Shown here: in pieces, positions 51,701 to 64,000 of the stretch | Layout of the letters: the number at the start of each line of letters is the position of its first letter | How positions within the stretch are numbered: position 1 is the first letter of the stretch | Source: Octopus vulgaris | Taxonomy: Eukaryota | DNA: 64,000 nucleotides | Direction of reading: 5' to 3' | NCBI GenBank assembly: GCA_951406725.2 | Contig: OX597827.1 | Location: 55,614,001 to 55,678,000 of the forward strand | Notes under the pieces: model-generated | Database searches by the model: none | Told to the model about the DNA's origin: nothing | The model's input: the letters and a program-made list of their open reading frames with translations, nothing else | Translations under genes and position numbers: made by a program

Positions 51701-53883
51701 AAGGAGGAAATAACCACAACATATACTTTATTTTCGTTTAGATTGCTGGAGGAAAAATGTTCTACATATTGACTTAAGAAGTTCCAATCTGTGTTACTTA
51801 GTTTTTAAAGTTAATATTTGAAAATTTCTGAGTTGTACTTGCGATTTGATCAGAAAAAATGAAGTAACTACATCAAGGAAGACCCATTCAAACCATTTAA
51901 TGACACACGAAGCTATTACATTCTCTTTAAGTTTAAATTTATTTCTTAAAGTGTCAAAATTTTTGTTACACAATAGTGGTTTGTTCTAATGTAACTGAAT
52001 CAGTTGAACTTTGTTGATGATCAGGTTGTAATTGTGGAACAAAAACGTTGACAAGCTTATGGAATAAATTTTGATTTAAAGAGAATTTAAAAAAAAAAAG
52101 CTGTGTGTTATTAAGTATTTGTAAGAGAATCAATAAAGCATTTATTGCTATATCATACATTTTCTGACAATATTATATGTATGAATTGTATCTACACAAG
52201 ATGTCTGAATGTTAAGATGCATGGTGACTACCTCATCCCATCTGACTTTGGAGTGCAACAGGGTGACCCATATGGACTGCTTTCATAGCCAAACAGAACA
52301 AAATCCTTAAGTATCAGGCCCTGTCAGTAAACAGTCTCCTCCAGCCTGTGGCATTTGAGACATTTGGAGGGGCTGAATTTCTTCTTAGCATGCATCTATA
52401 CTCATTGATAGTCTGTGTATGGATTCTCTCATCATTGGATGAACAAAATTTAAAGAATGGTTTGTTAATATATATGTGACCTAAACTAACTTAGGAAGTC
52501 CACCAATCAGATATCAAATGTGTCCTTGTGGCTTTTTACCGGTGTTGTTGGATATACCTATTATAATATGTTGCAGCTGTGTAACTCAGCTGCTATTACA
52601 GAAATGCTCATGAGAAGATATTATTACATAATTAGATAAAATTATGGGATTTCACTATTGTAATTTCCAGGACAATTTACTTTCACTTTTTACAACACTA
52701 AACTGCATACTAACCTTATTTTGCAGAGCTATTTTGCATGCCTTGTAATTGAAATGGTTGTAATGGAAATAAATGAGAAACGACAAAGAGACTAGCACTA
52801 ATATCAAAATTATTTAATAATGCTAATATGATTGACTGAGTTATATGAAATCCAGAGTATAATATTTAGTGTAAAAACGGTAACAAAGATAGCAGCAAAC
52901 AATCAGTGTACCAGAATAAATACATGGAAGACAGCATTTGCAAAAATAAAATTAGAGGCAAATGAATGATAATTCATCCATGTAATATATTGATCATCAA
53001 GTATTGTAGTGTAAAGCTGTTTGTAGAATATTGCTGTCAGAAAATAAACAGTGTATTTCTAGCATAATAGTTCAAATATGTTCTTGACAAAAATAGTCCA
53101 CAAATAATTATGGCTTATTAGCGATAGTTATTAAGAGTTTATATATAACAGAATAAAAGTTATATTTTTGGTTTGTGTGCATGTATATGCAAACAAATGT
53201 GTTGGTGAGACATTCTCTGCATTTTTTGCGTGGTAGATGTTAATATGTATGTGTTAGTCTGAAGGTTACAAAATTTGTATTGTGTTGAATCTTGTTGCCA
53301 TCCTTTTGACCATTTAATGTTTAGAAAATAACTAAGGCTCAAGAAGACATTCATAAAAATACATTTGCCAAACACAAAGCAATCTGATAGGCTGAAAATA
53401 GCCTATAAAATCATAATCATCTAATTTTTTCAGATCTCTGCTACATACAAGTAACTGAATCATGTGACAAGGGTTATTACAATCAGTGTGAAGATCAAAG
53501 CTAATCAGATACCAGGATCGTGTGGTATAAAAGGTGTGTTAAAACCATTTGGTGTATTTTCTGTCCATAAGGTATCTTGTATAAGAGATGGTGGTACTGC
53601 TGTGCTGACATTGATTTTAATTAATGACTTACATGACTGGTGATTATTATAATAGGGCAATTAGTTTCTGTTGTTCATAAGTGAAGTGAAGTGGTAATGA
53701 GGAGAAAGCTGGTTCAAAGGTACTGGAAAGCAACAAACTGGCACAAAGGTACTGGAAAGTAACAAGCTGGGTTGACAGCCAAAAGGTAAAACAAATTAAA
53801 AGTGGTGGCTGCTCAAAATAACAAGGGAACTCTGTATAAGTTTGGAAACCATGTGTTGGCCAATTGTGTATCAGAGACAAGGT

Positions 53884-54261
53884 GGAGGCGCAATGGCCCA
53901 GTGGTTAGGGCAGCGGACTCGCGGTCGTAGGATCGCAGTTTCGATTCCCAGACCGGGCGTTGTGAGTTTATTGAGCGAAAACACCTAAAGCTCCACGAGG
54001 CTCCGGCAGGGATGATGGTGATCCCTGCTGTACTCTTTCACCACAACTTTCTCTCACTCTTACTTCCTGTTTCTGTTGTACCTGTATTTCAAAGGTCCGG
54101 CCTTGTCACTCTCTGTGTCACGCTGAATATCCCCGAGAACTACGTTAAGGGTACACGTGTCTGTGGAGTGCTCAGCCACTTACACATTAATTTCACGAGC
54201 AGGCTGTTCCGTTGATCAGATCAACCAGAACCCTCGCTGTCGTAACCGACGGAGTGCTTCC
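53884..54261 (+). mobile_element. Young tRNA-derived SINE with 14-bp TSD
   Basis: A box TGGCCCAGTGG, B-box-like GTTTCGATTCC; TSD ATCAGAGACAAGGT at 53870-53883 and 54262-54275. Confidence 0.85.
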
Positions 54262-55258
54262 ATCAGAGACAAGGTCAGGGACAGAAGTAGGGGTAGGGAC
54301 AGGGAAGGGGAAGGAATGGGGCAGGGAAGGGATAGGGGCGGGGAAGGGGTAGGGTCAGGAGAGGGAGAAGTGGTGGTGAGTGAAATCTGTAGTTTTTTTA
54401 AACTAAGTTTTCTCCTCGGTTATTTAGCCCATCTGTAATGCTTTCACGTGATTAGTTGAAGGGAAAGGCAAAGAATGAAAGAAAAAGGAGAGAGAAAAAG
54501 AGGGTAAGGCGAAGTCTATAAAATTGTGCATACAGTATGTAAAATGCATACATATAAAGTGCCTTAAGTAATTATCGTATTCCAATTTCCTTCACTTTTC
54601 AATGATTTGCAGATGAGCAACTATATTTAGACACAGATACAACACAGGCTATGTTTTCAGGTTTTTTGGATAAAGTTTTCAGAAATAACCTAATAAGCTT
54701 ATCATTAACTCAGTGAAATATTCATGGGCCCTGCTTGTAGGTATAAATATACGAGTCAACCACTGAAAATTCTAGGTAATATTTTGCAGTAAGATCCTTC
54801 AGAGGAAGCCCATTTGTGATACTTGTATTCACTATCTTACTCTTTTAATCATTACCCAACATTCGTGAGGAGAGGCATGGAAACAGAATTGAACTCTGTG
54901 CTACACACCCTGTAGAGTAACATTAATCAAAAATCCTTTAGAGAATCCCCATTTCTGATGCTTGTATTCACAGTCTTACTCTTTTAGCCATTACCCAACA
55001 TTCCTGAGCACAGGTGAGGAGAGGCATGGAAACGAAACTGAAGATAAGTTTAACTTTTTTTATCAAACTCTCCCCTTCTGAGAACCAGATGCTGGAGCTG
55101 GCACATTACTGTGCTCAGTCACAACCAAAAAACAAGGCTACATCAAAGTCCTGATTGATGAATAACACTAACAAAATTTTAATTTTTTCTTTGTCTTTGG
55201 TCAGTAAGTGTTATTTCCTATTTACTTCTATCTAGAAATCAAAGGAAATTTTTTTTTT

Positions 55259-55465
55259 CTTTTACTTGTTTCAGTCATTTGACTGTGGCCATGCTGGAGC
55301 ACCGCCTTTAGTCGAGCAAATCGACCCCGGGACTTATTCTTTGTAAGCCCAGTACTTATTCTATCGGTCTCTTTTTGCCGAACCGCTAAGTGACGGGGAC
55401 GTAAACACACCAGCATCGGTTGTCAAGCAATGCTGGGGGACAAACACAGACACACAAACACACGC

Positions 55466-55509
<44 letters not shown>

Positions 55510-55673
55510 GACAGGCTTCTTTCAGTTTCTGTCTACCAAATCCACTCACAAGGCATTGGTCAGCCCGGGGCTACTAGCAGAAGACACTTGCCCAAGGTGC
55601 CACGCAGTGGGACTGAACCCGGAACCATGTGGTTGGTTAGCAAGCTACTTACCACACAGCCACTCCTGTGCCT
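55259..55673 (-). mobile_element. Full-length copy of the 5685-6086 SINE family
   Basis: End-to-end similarity with 5685-6086. Confidence 0.8.
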
Positions 55674-56941
55674 CCTGACTACTATTTTCTTTAAACTTTT
55701 GCTTTTGTGACCTGGACATCAATATTTTCAAGCTGACTTATTTTCCGTAACATTTCAAACAGATTCAGTACTGAGTTGCTGAAGTAGGATTTTCTAGAAC
55801 TTTCGATATAGCAAACTATTCTACTCAATACCACAGATTTACTTGTTAGTTGCTTGACCTTAAACACTTGAGCATGTTCCTTAGTGGCTGACAATAAGGT
55901 CATCTCTGATCATGAGCAGGAGTAGTGGAGGAGTATCAGAGCCAAATGTTGAGAAGGTTTCTTTGGGTTTCAATAAATATTGTAATAAAAGCAAGGTTTG
56001 AAGGAAATATTAGCCATGTCTTATACTTTCTAGGGATAAGCAAATAAGGAATAACAGTGTAATTAATAATAAATATTATACAGAATAATATATCAACAAT
56101 GAATAATATTAAGGCAAAAATATACTAGATATTGATATCTTTATTTCAATTTTACTCTTTCATTATAATCTTCTTTCCATTATTGTCTCCAAATATTTAT
56201 AAAATAGATAGGAAAATGTAAAATTTGAATCATAATAGTATGAATTGTAATGACAAATATCTAATTGACTTGCATTGACTTGCTTTAATTTTATTACCTT
56301 AAAAGTGATAACATCATCAAAAATTTTTTTTCTCTATTAATTCTAGTTTTTGTACATTTTTATGCGGCAAACTGATATAATCATCAAAGCCTTGTTTTTT
56401 TTCTGGTTCTTTATATTTTGTGTCCAAGTCAACTTTATTTTCCATGCTTCTGAGGCCAATAATTAAAGAATCAATTAAGTACTAGGGTTGATTTCTCTTT
56501 CTTTCTCTCTTATTCTCACTTTCTCCAAATTGGTTATATTGTACCATGTGAAGGGCTGTGGGGGGACCACTCAGAGTGTTCCTTTTTCCAGAAATAGAGG
56601 AAGGTTGATTGAGGGGTTAACAATGTGTTCTCATAGAAATACTGATTTATTACTGCAACTGTTCAAGGACAAAGCAATATGAAACACAGCATGAAATGCA
56701 AATAAAGATGTATAGATTTATTTTTTAGCCTTTATTGCATTGGAAATTATATAAAAGTTTTAAATTAATCAGAAATATATGTCTATATCAATATAATATT
56801 TATACAAATATGTTTATAATTATAATTAATATTTATATAAATACATATAAACAATATCAAACACACATACACAAGGTAGGTGTTTTGTATGTGTTCAATA
56901 TGGTTTATATCCCTTGGGCTGCTTTTCATTCATATTTGAAT

Positions 56942-56985
<44 letters not shown>

Positions 56986-58679
56986 GACACACATGTATAT
57001 ATATCACTTTGGCAGAAGTACAGAATAGGCTGGTTCTATTTTACATTTATGTCAGATACATTTAAGAAGGAATTACATATCCCTGGGTTGAGGGGACAAT
57101 GAACCGAGGAGTTTAGAGTTTATATCCTGCCACAAATATTTTACTGCATCTCTAATGAAGGCATTTAAGGCATTTAGCTCTTGACCCTTTAACATTCAGA
57201 TTACTTTATCAAATGTATTTAATCACACTACTTTTAATTAATCATGTATTTTCCTGTAACTTTGAGATTTTGATGATGTGATTGCATATTTTTAGAATGA
57301 CATTGTAGGATAGGTATGAGAGTCCAGGTCTAGCTGGTTTGAACATAAAACAACTAGAATATTTAGGCTGGATGTGGCTGGTTTAAATGCTAAAGAGTTG
57401 ATAGCCCACTTCACCTGGTACCACAAAACAGGTGTAATTCACTGATATAAGTAGTGGTAGCATTGTCAAACTGAAGAGTGTTAGTTATCTATGATATTCT
57501 AATCAAGAGGAAAGGAGATTTTTCTTTTATCTGGTTAATGCTATAGAAACCAGAATTAAGTGTTAGCTAAGATCATGAAAAGATTTGCTTTGCTTATTTT
57601 CAACTTCACAAATAGCTTTTTAATATGGGTGCACAGTCAAAAGCAGCAAGCTGGCAGAATTGTTAGCATGCAGTGCAAAATGCTCTGCAGCATTTCATTT
57701 GTGTTTACGTTCTGAGTTCAAATTTCGCCGAGGTTGACTTCACCTTTCATCTCTTCAGGGTTGATAAAATAGGTATCAGTTGAACACTGGGGTTGATGTA
57801 ATTGAATTATCCACTCCTTAAAGCTGTTGGCCTTGTGCCAACATTTGAAACCAATATGGGTGCACAGTTTGTTTCTCATCTGTGGCTCAGTATTGTGTCT
57901 GTGACTCAGACCCATAAATTCAATAACCCATCTTCCAATACTTGTGTTCCTAAGAGTATAAGGGGCATTGTATAGGTGATGCATGCTTTGATAAGTTGTA
58001 GTATCAGGTATATATTAACTGTTATACTTGGGTACTTAGCATGAAGACAAAGTCTTCAAGATATGTTACTGTGTCTCAGTAGAGCAAGACAGTCATATAC
58101 CCAAAGAGACAAAATGAATGTTATATTTAGAAAAAAATCAAGTAAGATCAAAGAGAGTTTTAAGTAGCTTTGGAAGAGAAAAAGAAATATTAACTTGAAT
58201 ATTTATAAGTTATTCATTCACACATAGAGGTGAGCATTTATTTGTTCAAAGCTGAGCTTTTCATTTGACACTTCTCTGATTACCTTAGTAAAAAGAATGG
58301 ACATGAAACTCAGAGATGCAGTAAAGAGAATTCTTAGCCTTGGATATAAACTTTACCATATGTGTTGAGTACTTTTCCTCTCATTGGTAAATTCATGTGT
58401 ATGCATGGGTATGTTTATATCTGTGTGTGTGTGTATGTGTTTATGTGTGTGTGTGTGTGTGAGCACACACACACACACATACACATGTACACATATACAA
58501 ATACATATATATATTAGGTCAAAAGGTAACTATGGTGTTACATTCTTTTTACCAATACTGTCTTTGTATTTTAATTTCATAGAAATTATAAGAAAAAGAA
58601 AAAATTGAAAAAAAAAAGATGGGAAATGAAAAATGCACTTGTATAACCACTTTTGTGAAGTAATGAACATTGTCTGTTT

Positions 58680-58714
58680 TCATTCTTCTTCTTCCATTCG
58701 AATAATAGGGACCC
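58680..58714 (-). CDS. DNAL1: DNAL1 last coding exon (GVPIIRMEEEE*)
   Basis: Long polypyrimidine tract plus caacag; phase fits; acidic tail, TGA at 58680. Confidence 0.88.
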
Positions 58715-59259
58715 CTGTTGAAAGAAAGAAAAAAGCATAGAGTAATTTTGGTTAAGGTAAAGAAACTCAGTCATAATCTACTGAAATTATAGAAACCAGA
58801 GCATGTCAGTTGTACAAACATTTTCAAGGAATGTAGCTTTGGAGGCTGACAACAACAATGGCAGTGTCAACATCATCATGGTCATCATCATCATCATCCA
58901 TCATCAGTTAATATTCACATTTTCATGTTTGCATGGATTGGATGTAATTTATTGAGGTAGGTTTTCTATGGTTGGATGCTCTCCCTGTTGCCAACCCTCA
59001 CCTGTTTCCAAGCAAGGTATTACTTTCCCTATGGCCAGACTTGTTCTCACAGAACATTGGAAATGAATGACACTGCTTGTATGACTGTGACAATCATTTA
59101 CAACTATTATGCAATGTCAAGGCAAGGAGACACAAACACACACACACACACAAACAACACACACATGTATACAATGGGGTTCCTCCAGTTTCCATCTATC
59201 AAATCGATTCACAAGACTTTGGTTGGCCCAATGCTATAATAGAAAACACTTGGCCGGCA

Positions 59260-59650
59260 GACACCCATAAAATTATTAACCATCGTACAAACAATAACTC
59301 TGAGCACCTTTTCAAACTCCACCCATCTAACACCCGTGGACAAATTTACAAAGTAAGAAAACAGCACAGCTCCCATGACTTCAGGAAACATTTTTTCACG
59401 CTGAGAGTTGCTGAAGCATGGAACAAACTGCCGGCATCAGTTGTTAGTTGTCGGAGCACTGCATCCTTCAAAACTTCCATGCTTCCTGAGATTTGCCAAC
59501 ACTACACTTGATTTTCTCCCCTCCATACACACACAAGCATGTTCACTTTCCAGACATTTCTACATTACTGCATGTACTTTATATGCACTTTCTGACAAGT
59601 TGTGGTGCACCTGAGCACTGTATACAATAATTTCATTGTTATTGTTATTA
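59260..59650 (+). mobile_element. CR1-clade LINE 3' fragment, near-identical to 2966-3352
   Basis: Same sequence with a few substitutions; inserted into a SINE copy. Confidence 0.8.
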
Positions 59651-60544
59651 AGATGTCATGCAGCATGACTGAACTCAGAACCATGAGGTTGGGAAACAAA
59701 CTTCTAACAACACAACCACACCTATGGATGTCTAATACAAAACACAAAATTACTCCCGAGATTTAATTGGTTGTTGCTTTTGTTAAACCTGAAGTCTAAC
59801 CTGGTCAAGCAGACAATTTGTGATAGAAGATATTTCATCTGGGACCATCTTGTTTTCTAAGTACATCTAGAACTACATTTTCTAATGTGGCCTTCTTTTT
59901 TTCATAACCACAAGGCATAATTTGAGAGAGATTAAGTTGCTATTTCTAGCAAGTTGGGGGACTATGTGAAGGCTCCTTCTTTAGCTTGACTATGGTTTCA
60001 TAGTATTAAGTGGATTATAAATGTCAGTACAGTGTATACAACAGCTCAGAATGATTTTGTAACTGTTCCTGATATTTGAATTGAAGGATATAGAATTAAG
60101 TATACAGTCAATGTACACACTGGAACACCTTCAGTTGATTTGAACTCAAGATCTAGAGAGACAAAATATAACTAGTAGGCTAGGATCTTATCATTCTTTA
60201 GTCAGGTGCAATTCTCTCTATGCAGTTCCTGGCAGCTAACTGTGTAAATCTGTACCTCCTCATGGAGCCTGTTCTCAATGAATTGAGCTGAGCCAGCAAG
60301 AATCAAGTGCATATGCCAAGAAGCTATGCACTGTCACTGACTCTGATACCCTATTGATTTATCTCAGCTCTACATTGAGTGAAGGCATATGGCTTGGTGG
60401 TTAGGGTATTCAGCTAATGATCATAAGGTTGTGAGTTTGATTCCCAGTCGCACATTGTGTCCTTGAGCAAAACACTTTGCTTCAGTCCACTCAGCTGGCA
60501 AAAATGTGTTGTACCTGTATGTCAAAGGAGCCAGCCTTGTCACA

Positions 60545-61350
60545 CTCTGTATGATGTCTGTGTGCAAATAGCCATGCTACACAGCAGTGAAACATGGGCT
60601 GTGGCTCCTGAAGACATACATAGGCTTGTAAGAAATGAAGCTAGTATGCTCTGCTGGATGTGTAATGTCAGTGTGCATGCATGGCAGAATGTAAGCATCC
60701 TGATAGAAAAGTTGGGCTGAAGAGGCATCAGATGTGGCGTGCAAGAGAGACAACTGTGCTGGTATGGTCATAAGATGCATATGGATGAGAACAGCTATGT
60801 GAAGAAATGCTGCACTCTAATGGTGGAGTGAACCTGTGGAAGAGGTAGACTCAGGAAGACACGGGACAAGGTGCTGAATCATGATCTTCGAATGTTGGGC
60901 CTCACAGAAGCAATGACAAGTGACCGAGGCCTTTGGCAATACACTGTGCTTGAGAAAACCCAACAAGCCAAGTGAGATCAAAGTCGTGACCAATGCCAGT
61001 GTTGTGTAACTGGTATGTAAAAAGCATCATTCAAACGTTGAGTGATATGCTGTGCTTGTGTATAACTGTCAAACCCAGTGAGATCATAGTCATGGCTGAT
61101 GCTAGTGTCATGTCAATGGCACTTGTGCTGGTGGCATGTAAAAAGCACCCACTACACTCTTGGAGTGGTTGGTGTTAGAAAGGGCATTTCTACGGCATGT
61201 AGCCATAGAAACCTTGCCAAACTGGACTGGAATCTGGTGCAGCTCCCCGCCATACCAGTTTTCAGTCAAACTGTCCAGCCCATGCCAGCATGGAAAACAG
61301 ATGTTAAACGATGATGATGATGAAGTTGACGATGAGGATAATAATGATGA
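60545..61350 (+). mobile_element. RTE-clade LINE 3' end with its 3' UTR and (GAT)n tail
   Basis: MLHSSETWAV...EASMLCWMCNVS...QLCWYGH...GRGRLRKT...DL; runs into the GGCA(C/T)GTAAAAAGCACCC repeat family. Confidence 0.75.
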
Positions 61351-61900
61351 TGATTACAATCAATAGGTTTTTTTTTGTATATATTTTAAAAAATTTTGAT
61401 CCATGGTGAAATATGATCCCTAATGATGCAATAAACACTAAGTAAACTTAAAGAAGAAAGAGATGAAAGTGAAAGTAACCTAATCTTGCCAAGTTTAATG
61501 CCACCAGCTGACCCTTGAGTGCCTTTAGTGGAATCCACTCTCTACTGCATTCAGGTTTCTTGTATAAGGATAACTTTCCTCTAACCAACATTGGATTCTT
61601 GCAAAAGTTTCATGAACAAATACCTTCCACCCTTCACTAAGCCATGAACAGAGAAATTATGATGGTTTCTTTCATTGAGACAGATAAATTCTATATTTTA
61701 TGAGAGTAGTAAATAAAATTTTGTGATGTTCATCTCCAAAGACATTAGAATTGTAAGTCAAGTGAAATATCTTCAGCTGAGAATATAAGTCCTGTTGTAG
61801 ATTTGACTTGCCACAGGAGCTTCCCTAACTTATTTTTGAATATCACTGTAATGTTAAGCAAAGAATTTAAAAGGATTTTGAAAATAAAAACAGCACAAAC

Positions 61901-61987
61901 CATCAAGTTTCTTAAGTTTTGGTAGTTTCTTGGCCACCAAATCTCTCCAGTCTCCTGCAGCTGAATGGTGTTCTTCAATAGGATTTC
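61901..61987 (-). CDS. DNAL1: DNAL1 exon ([28 protein letters not shown]+G)
   Basis: ttccag acceptor, G|gtttgt donor; LRR cap PKLKKLDG. Confidence 0.93.
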
Positions 61988-62135
61988 CTGGAAATATAAA
62001 CATTTTGAAACATGTAAATAAAATGTGTGGAGGAGGTGGAGAAAGAGATGGAAGAGGAATTGGGGGAGGAAGAAATGGAGAAAGAGGAGGGGAGGGGAGG
62101 ACGAGTAAGTAGAAAAGGGTGTAAATGAAACATAC

Positions 62136-62172
62136 CTACAAATACAAGATCTTCAAGAAGAGGTAGATCAGC
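62136..62172 (-). CDS. DNAL1: DNAL1 37-nt exon (ADLPLLEDLVFV+G)
   Basis: ttccag acceptor, G|gtatgt donor. Confidence 0.92.
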
Positions 62173-63668
62173 CTGGAATAAAAGTTAAAAATTCATGTAA
62201 ACAAAAAATACTTTGGCAAATGAAATACAATTCCTGCTACAAATCTGAAGTATAAATTCATTTTTTACTATTTTATTGTGTAATTTTCCATTCTTACATG
62301 GCTCAAAAGCAATTTGTTTACATAGATCTTTCAGTGCCACATAAAAAAGCACTGGTGATAGTGCCACATAAAAAGCACCCAGTACACTCTATGGAGTGGT
62401 TGGCATTAGAAAGGGCACCCAACCATAGAAACCTTGCCTGGATAGGTGCCTCAGAGGGGAACTTTCTAGGAGCAATCCTGTGGTCATTCATGATCAAAGG
62501 GGGTTTTCACCCTTTATATATATCTATAGTATGTGTATAATTCTTACAGACATATATCACCATCACAAGGTCCAGTCTTTGTTGCAGTGTGGTGGTTTGT
62601 TTGCCTCAATGACCCTGACAGCTATGCTCGTGGTAAACAAACTCCTTGTAGGACCTCCTATGCTGGATAGGTCAAAGGACAGAGACTAAATTAATATGCA
62701 GTTCTATATTTAAGAGATGAGGAATTATATACATCATTTACATTTGACAGATATTTGTCCTCATCTTATTTGTTGTTAACACGTTTCGGTTGATATACCC
62801 TCCAGCCTTCATCAGGTGTTTTGGGGAAATTTCAAACCTGGGTTCTCATCCCTAAGGTATTTTTCATTGTTGTTGTTGTTTTTTTCTTTTTGGTGAAGCA
62901 ATATCGGTGATTCAAGAAAAACTAGCGACAGACACCCATCTAAAAGAATGCACTAGTATACCAATAAGAAACTTGATGGAAATGTTGACCTTCATTTGTG
63001 CATATGGCGTAATGGTTAAGAGTGCTGGCTACTAATCCCAAGATTCCAAGTTTGATTCCAGGCAGTGACCTGAATAATAATGATATCAAAAAATACCTTA
63101 GGAATGAGAACCCAGGTTCGAAATTTCCCCAAGACACCTGATGAAGGCTGGAGAGTATATCAGCTGAAACATTGTGTTAACAAACAAGATGAAGACAAAT
63201 ATCCATCAAATGCAAATAATGTAGATTAATATGGACTACTTCCCACCAGAGGTAAAAAATGGGTCTGTATAGGGCCAAAACCCAAATCTAGAACTTGCAA
63301 AGTTACAGAAATAATCAATAACAATTTGAAACCAACCAGAGCTAGGAGAAGAAAGGACAACCCAGATTTGAGAGCAGTGAAGAAAAGTCATCAATGCTTG
63401 TGTTCCATAGGGTTTTAAATTTTGGTAAAAGGTAAGTGATTTCAGGGGAAGAGTAAATCGATTACATCAACCCCAGTGTTCAACTGGTACTTATTTTATT
63501 GACCCTGAAAGGATGAAAGGCGAAGGTGAACCTAGCGGCATTTGAACTCAGAACATAAAGCTGGAAGAAATGCTACTAAGCATTTTTCCTAGCTTGGTGA
63601 CGACTCTGCCAACTCACCACCGCCTTATGTACTTTGATATTAATTACATTAATTGTATTGCTACTTAC

Positions 63669-63722
63669 TAGTTTATTGAATTCATTCCAGTCACTCACTA
63701 CATTATTTGACATATATAATAC
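63669..63722 (-). CDS. DNAL1: DNAL1 exon (VLYMSNNVVSDWNEFNKL)
   Basis: tttcag acceptor, CTA|gtaagt donor, 54 nt; LRR LYMSNN. Confidence 0.93.
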
Positions 63723-64000
63723 CTGAAATGATAAACAAGAAATAATCTCTCTATATATAACAGCCAATGTCAGCTTTTTTATTTGTTAGTTCTGTTATGC
63801 TGTATGAAGTCACTCTCTTTCTCTCACACACACATACATACATACATACACACACACATACATACATACATACATTTCTTTATTACCCACAAGGGGCTAA
63901 ACACAGAGGGGACAAACAAGGATAGACATAGGTATTAAGTCGATTACATCGAACCCAGTGTGTAACTGGTACTTAATTTATCGACCCCGAAAGGATGAAA

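Larger units (their letters stand above)
58680..63722 (-). other. DNAL1: Gene span: DNAL1 (dynein axonemal light chain 1, LRR protein), 3' portion; 5' exons outside window
   Basis: Joined exons give [70 protein letters not shown], which matches the DNAL1/LC1 C-terminus. Confidence 0.95.

Noticed and set aside
51700-55100. Plus-strand gene divergent from TEX36 (acceptor-like sites at ~53433 and ~54612)
   Set aside because: Candidate exons have stops in all frames checked. A lncRNA cannot be supported without expression data.

Overview
AT-rich, repeat-dense eukaryotic genomic DNA. The repeat families suggest a coleoid cephalopod, probably Octopus (recognised by eye, not searched). Three spliced protein-coding genes were reconstructed by hand, all on the minus strand, with GT-AG junctions and consistent phases. 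(1) PRC1/MAP65/Ase1-family protein regulator of cytokinesis 1: 10 coding exons from 26768 to 1808, 511 codons, continuing beyond the left edge. (2) A complete 4-exon, 209-aa TEX36-like HDNR-motif gene (50886-34678). (3) The last four coding exons of axonemal dynein light chain DNAL1 (63722-58680). The rest is tRNA-derived SINEs, RTE, CR1 and Penelope fragments, mariner/Tc1, MULE, hAT, piggyBac-type and Helitron elements, and simple repeats. Most notable observations: a tRNA-headed element whose tail carries a Penelope-type minimal hammerhead motif, in an inverted arrangement inside a DNAL1 intron; two long near-perfect fold-back hairpins in TEX36 introns; a candidate recursive or poison splice site in PRC1 intron 1; and a cluster of structured transposons just upstream of a cell-cycle-type PRC1 promoter. 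No demonstrably new system can be proven from sequence alone.
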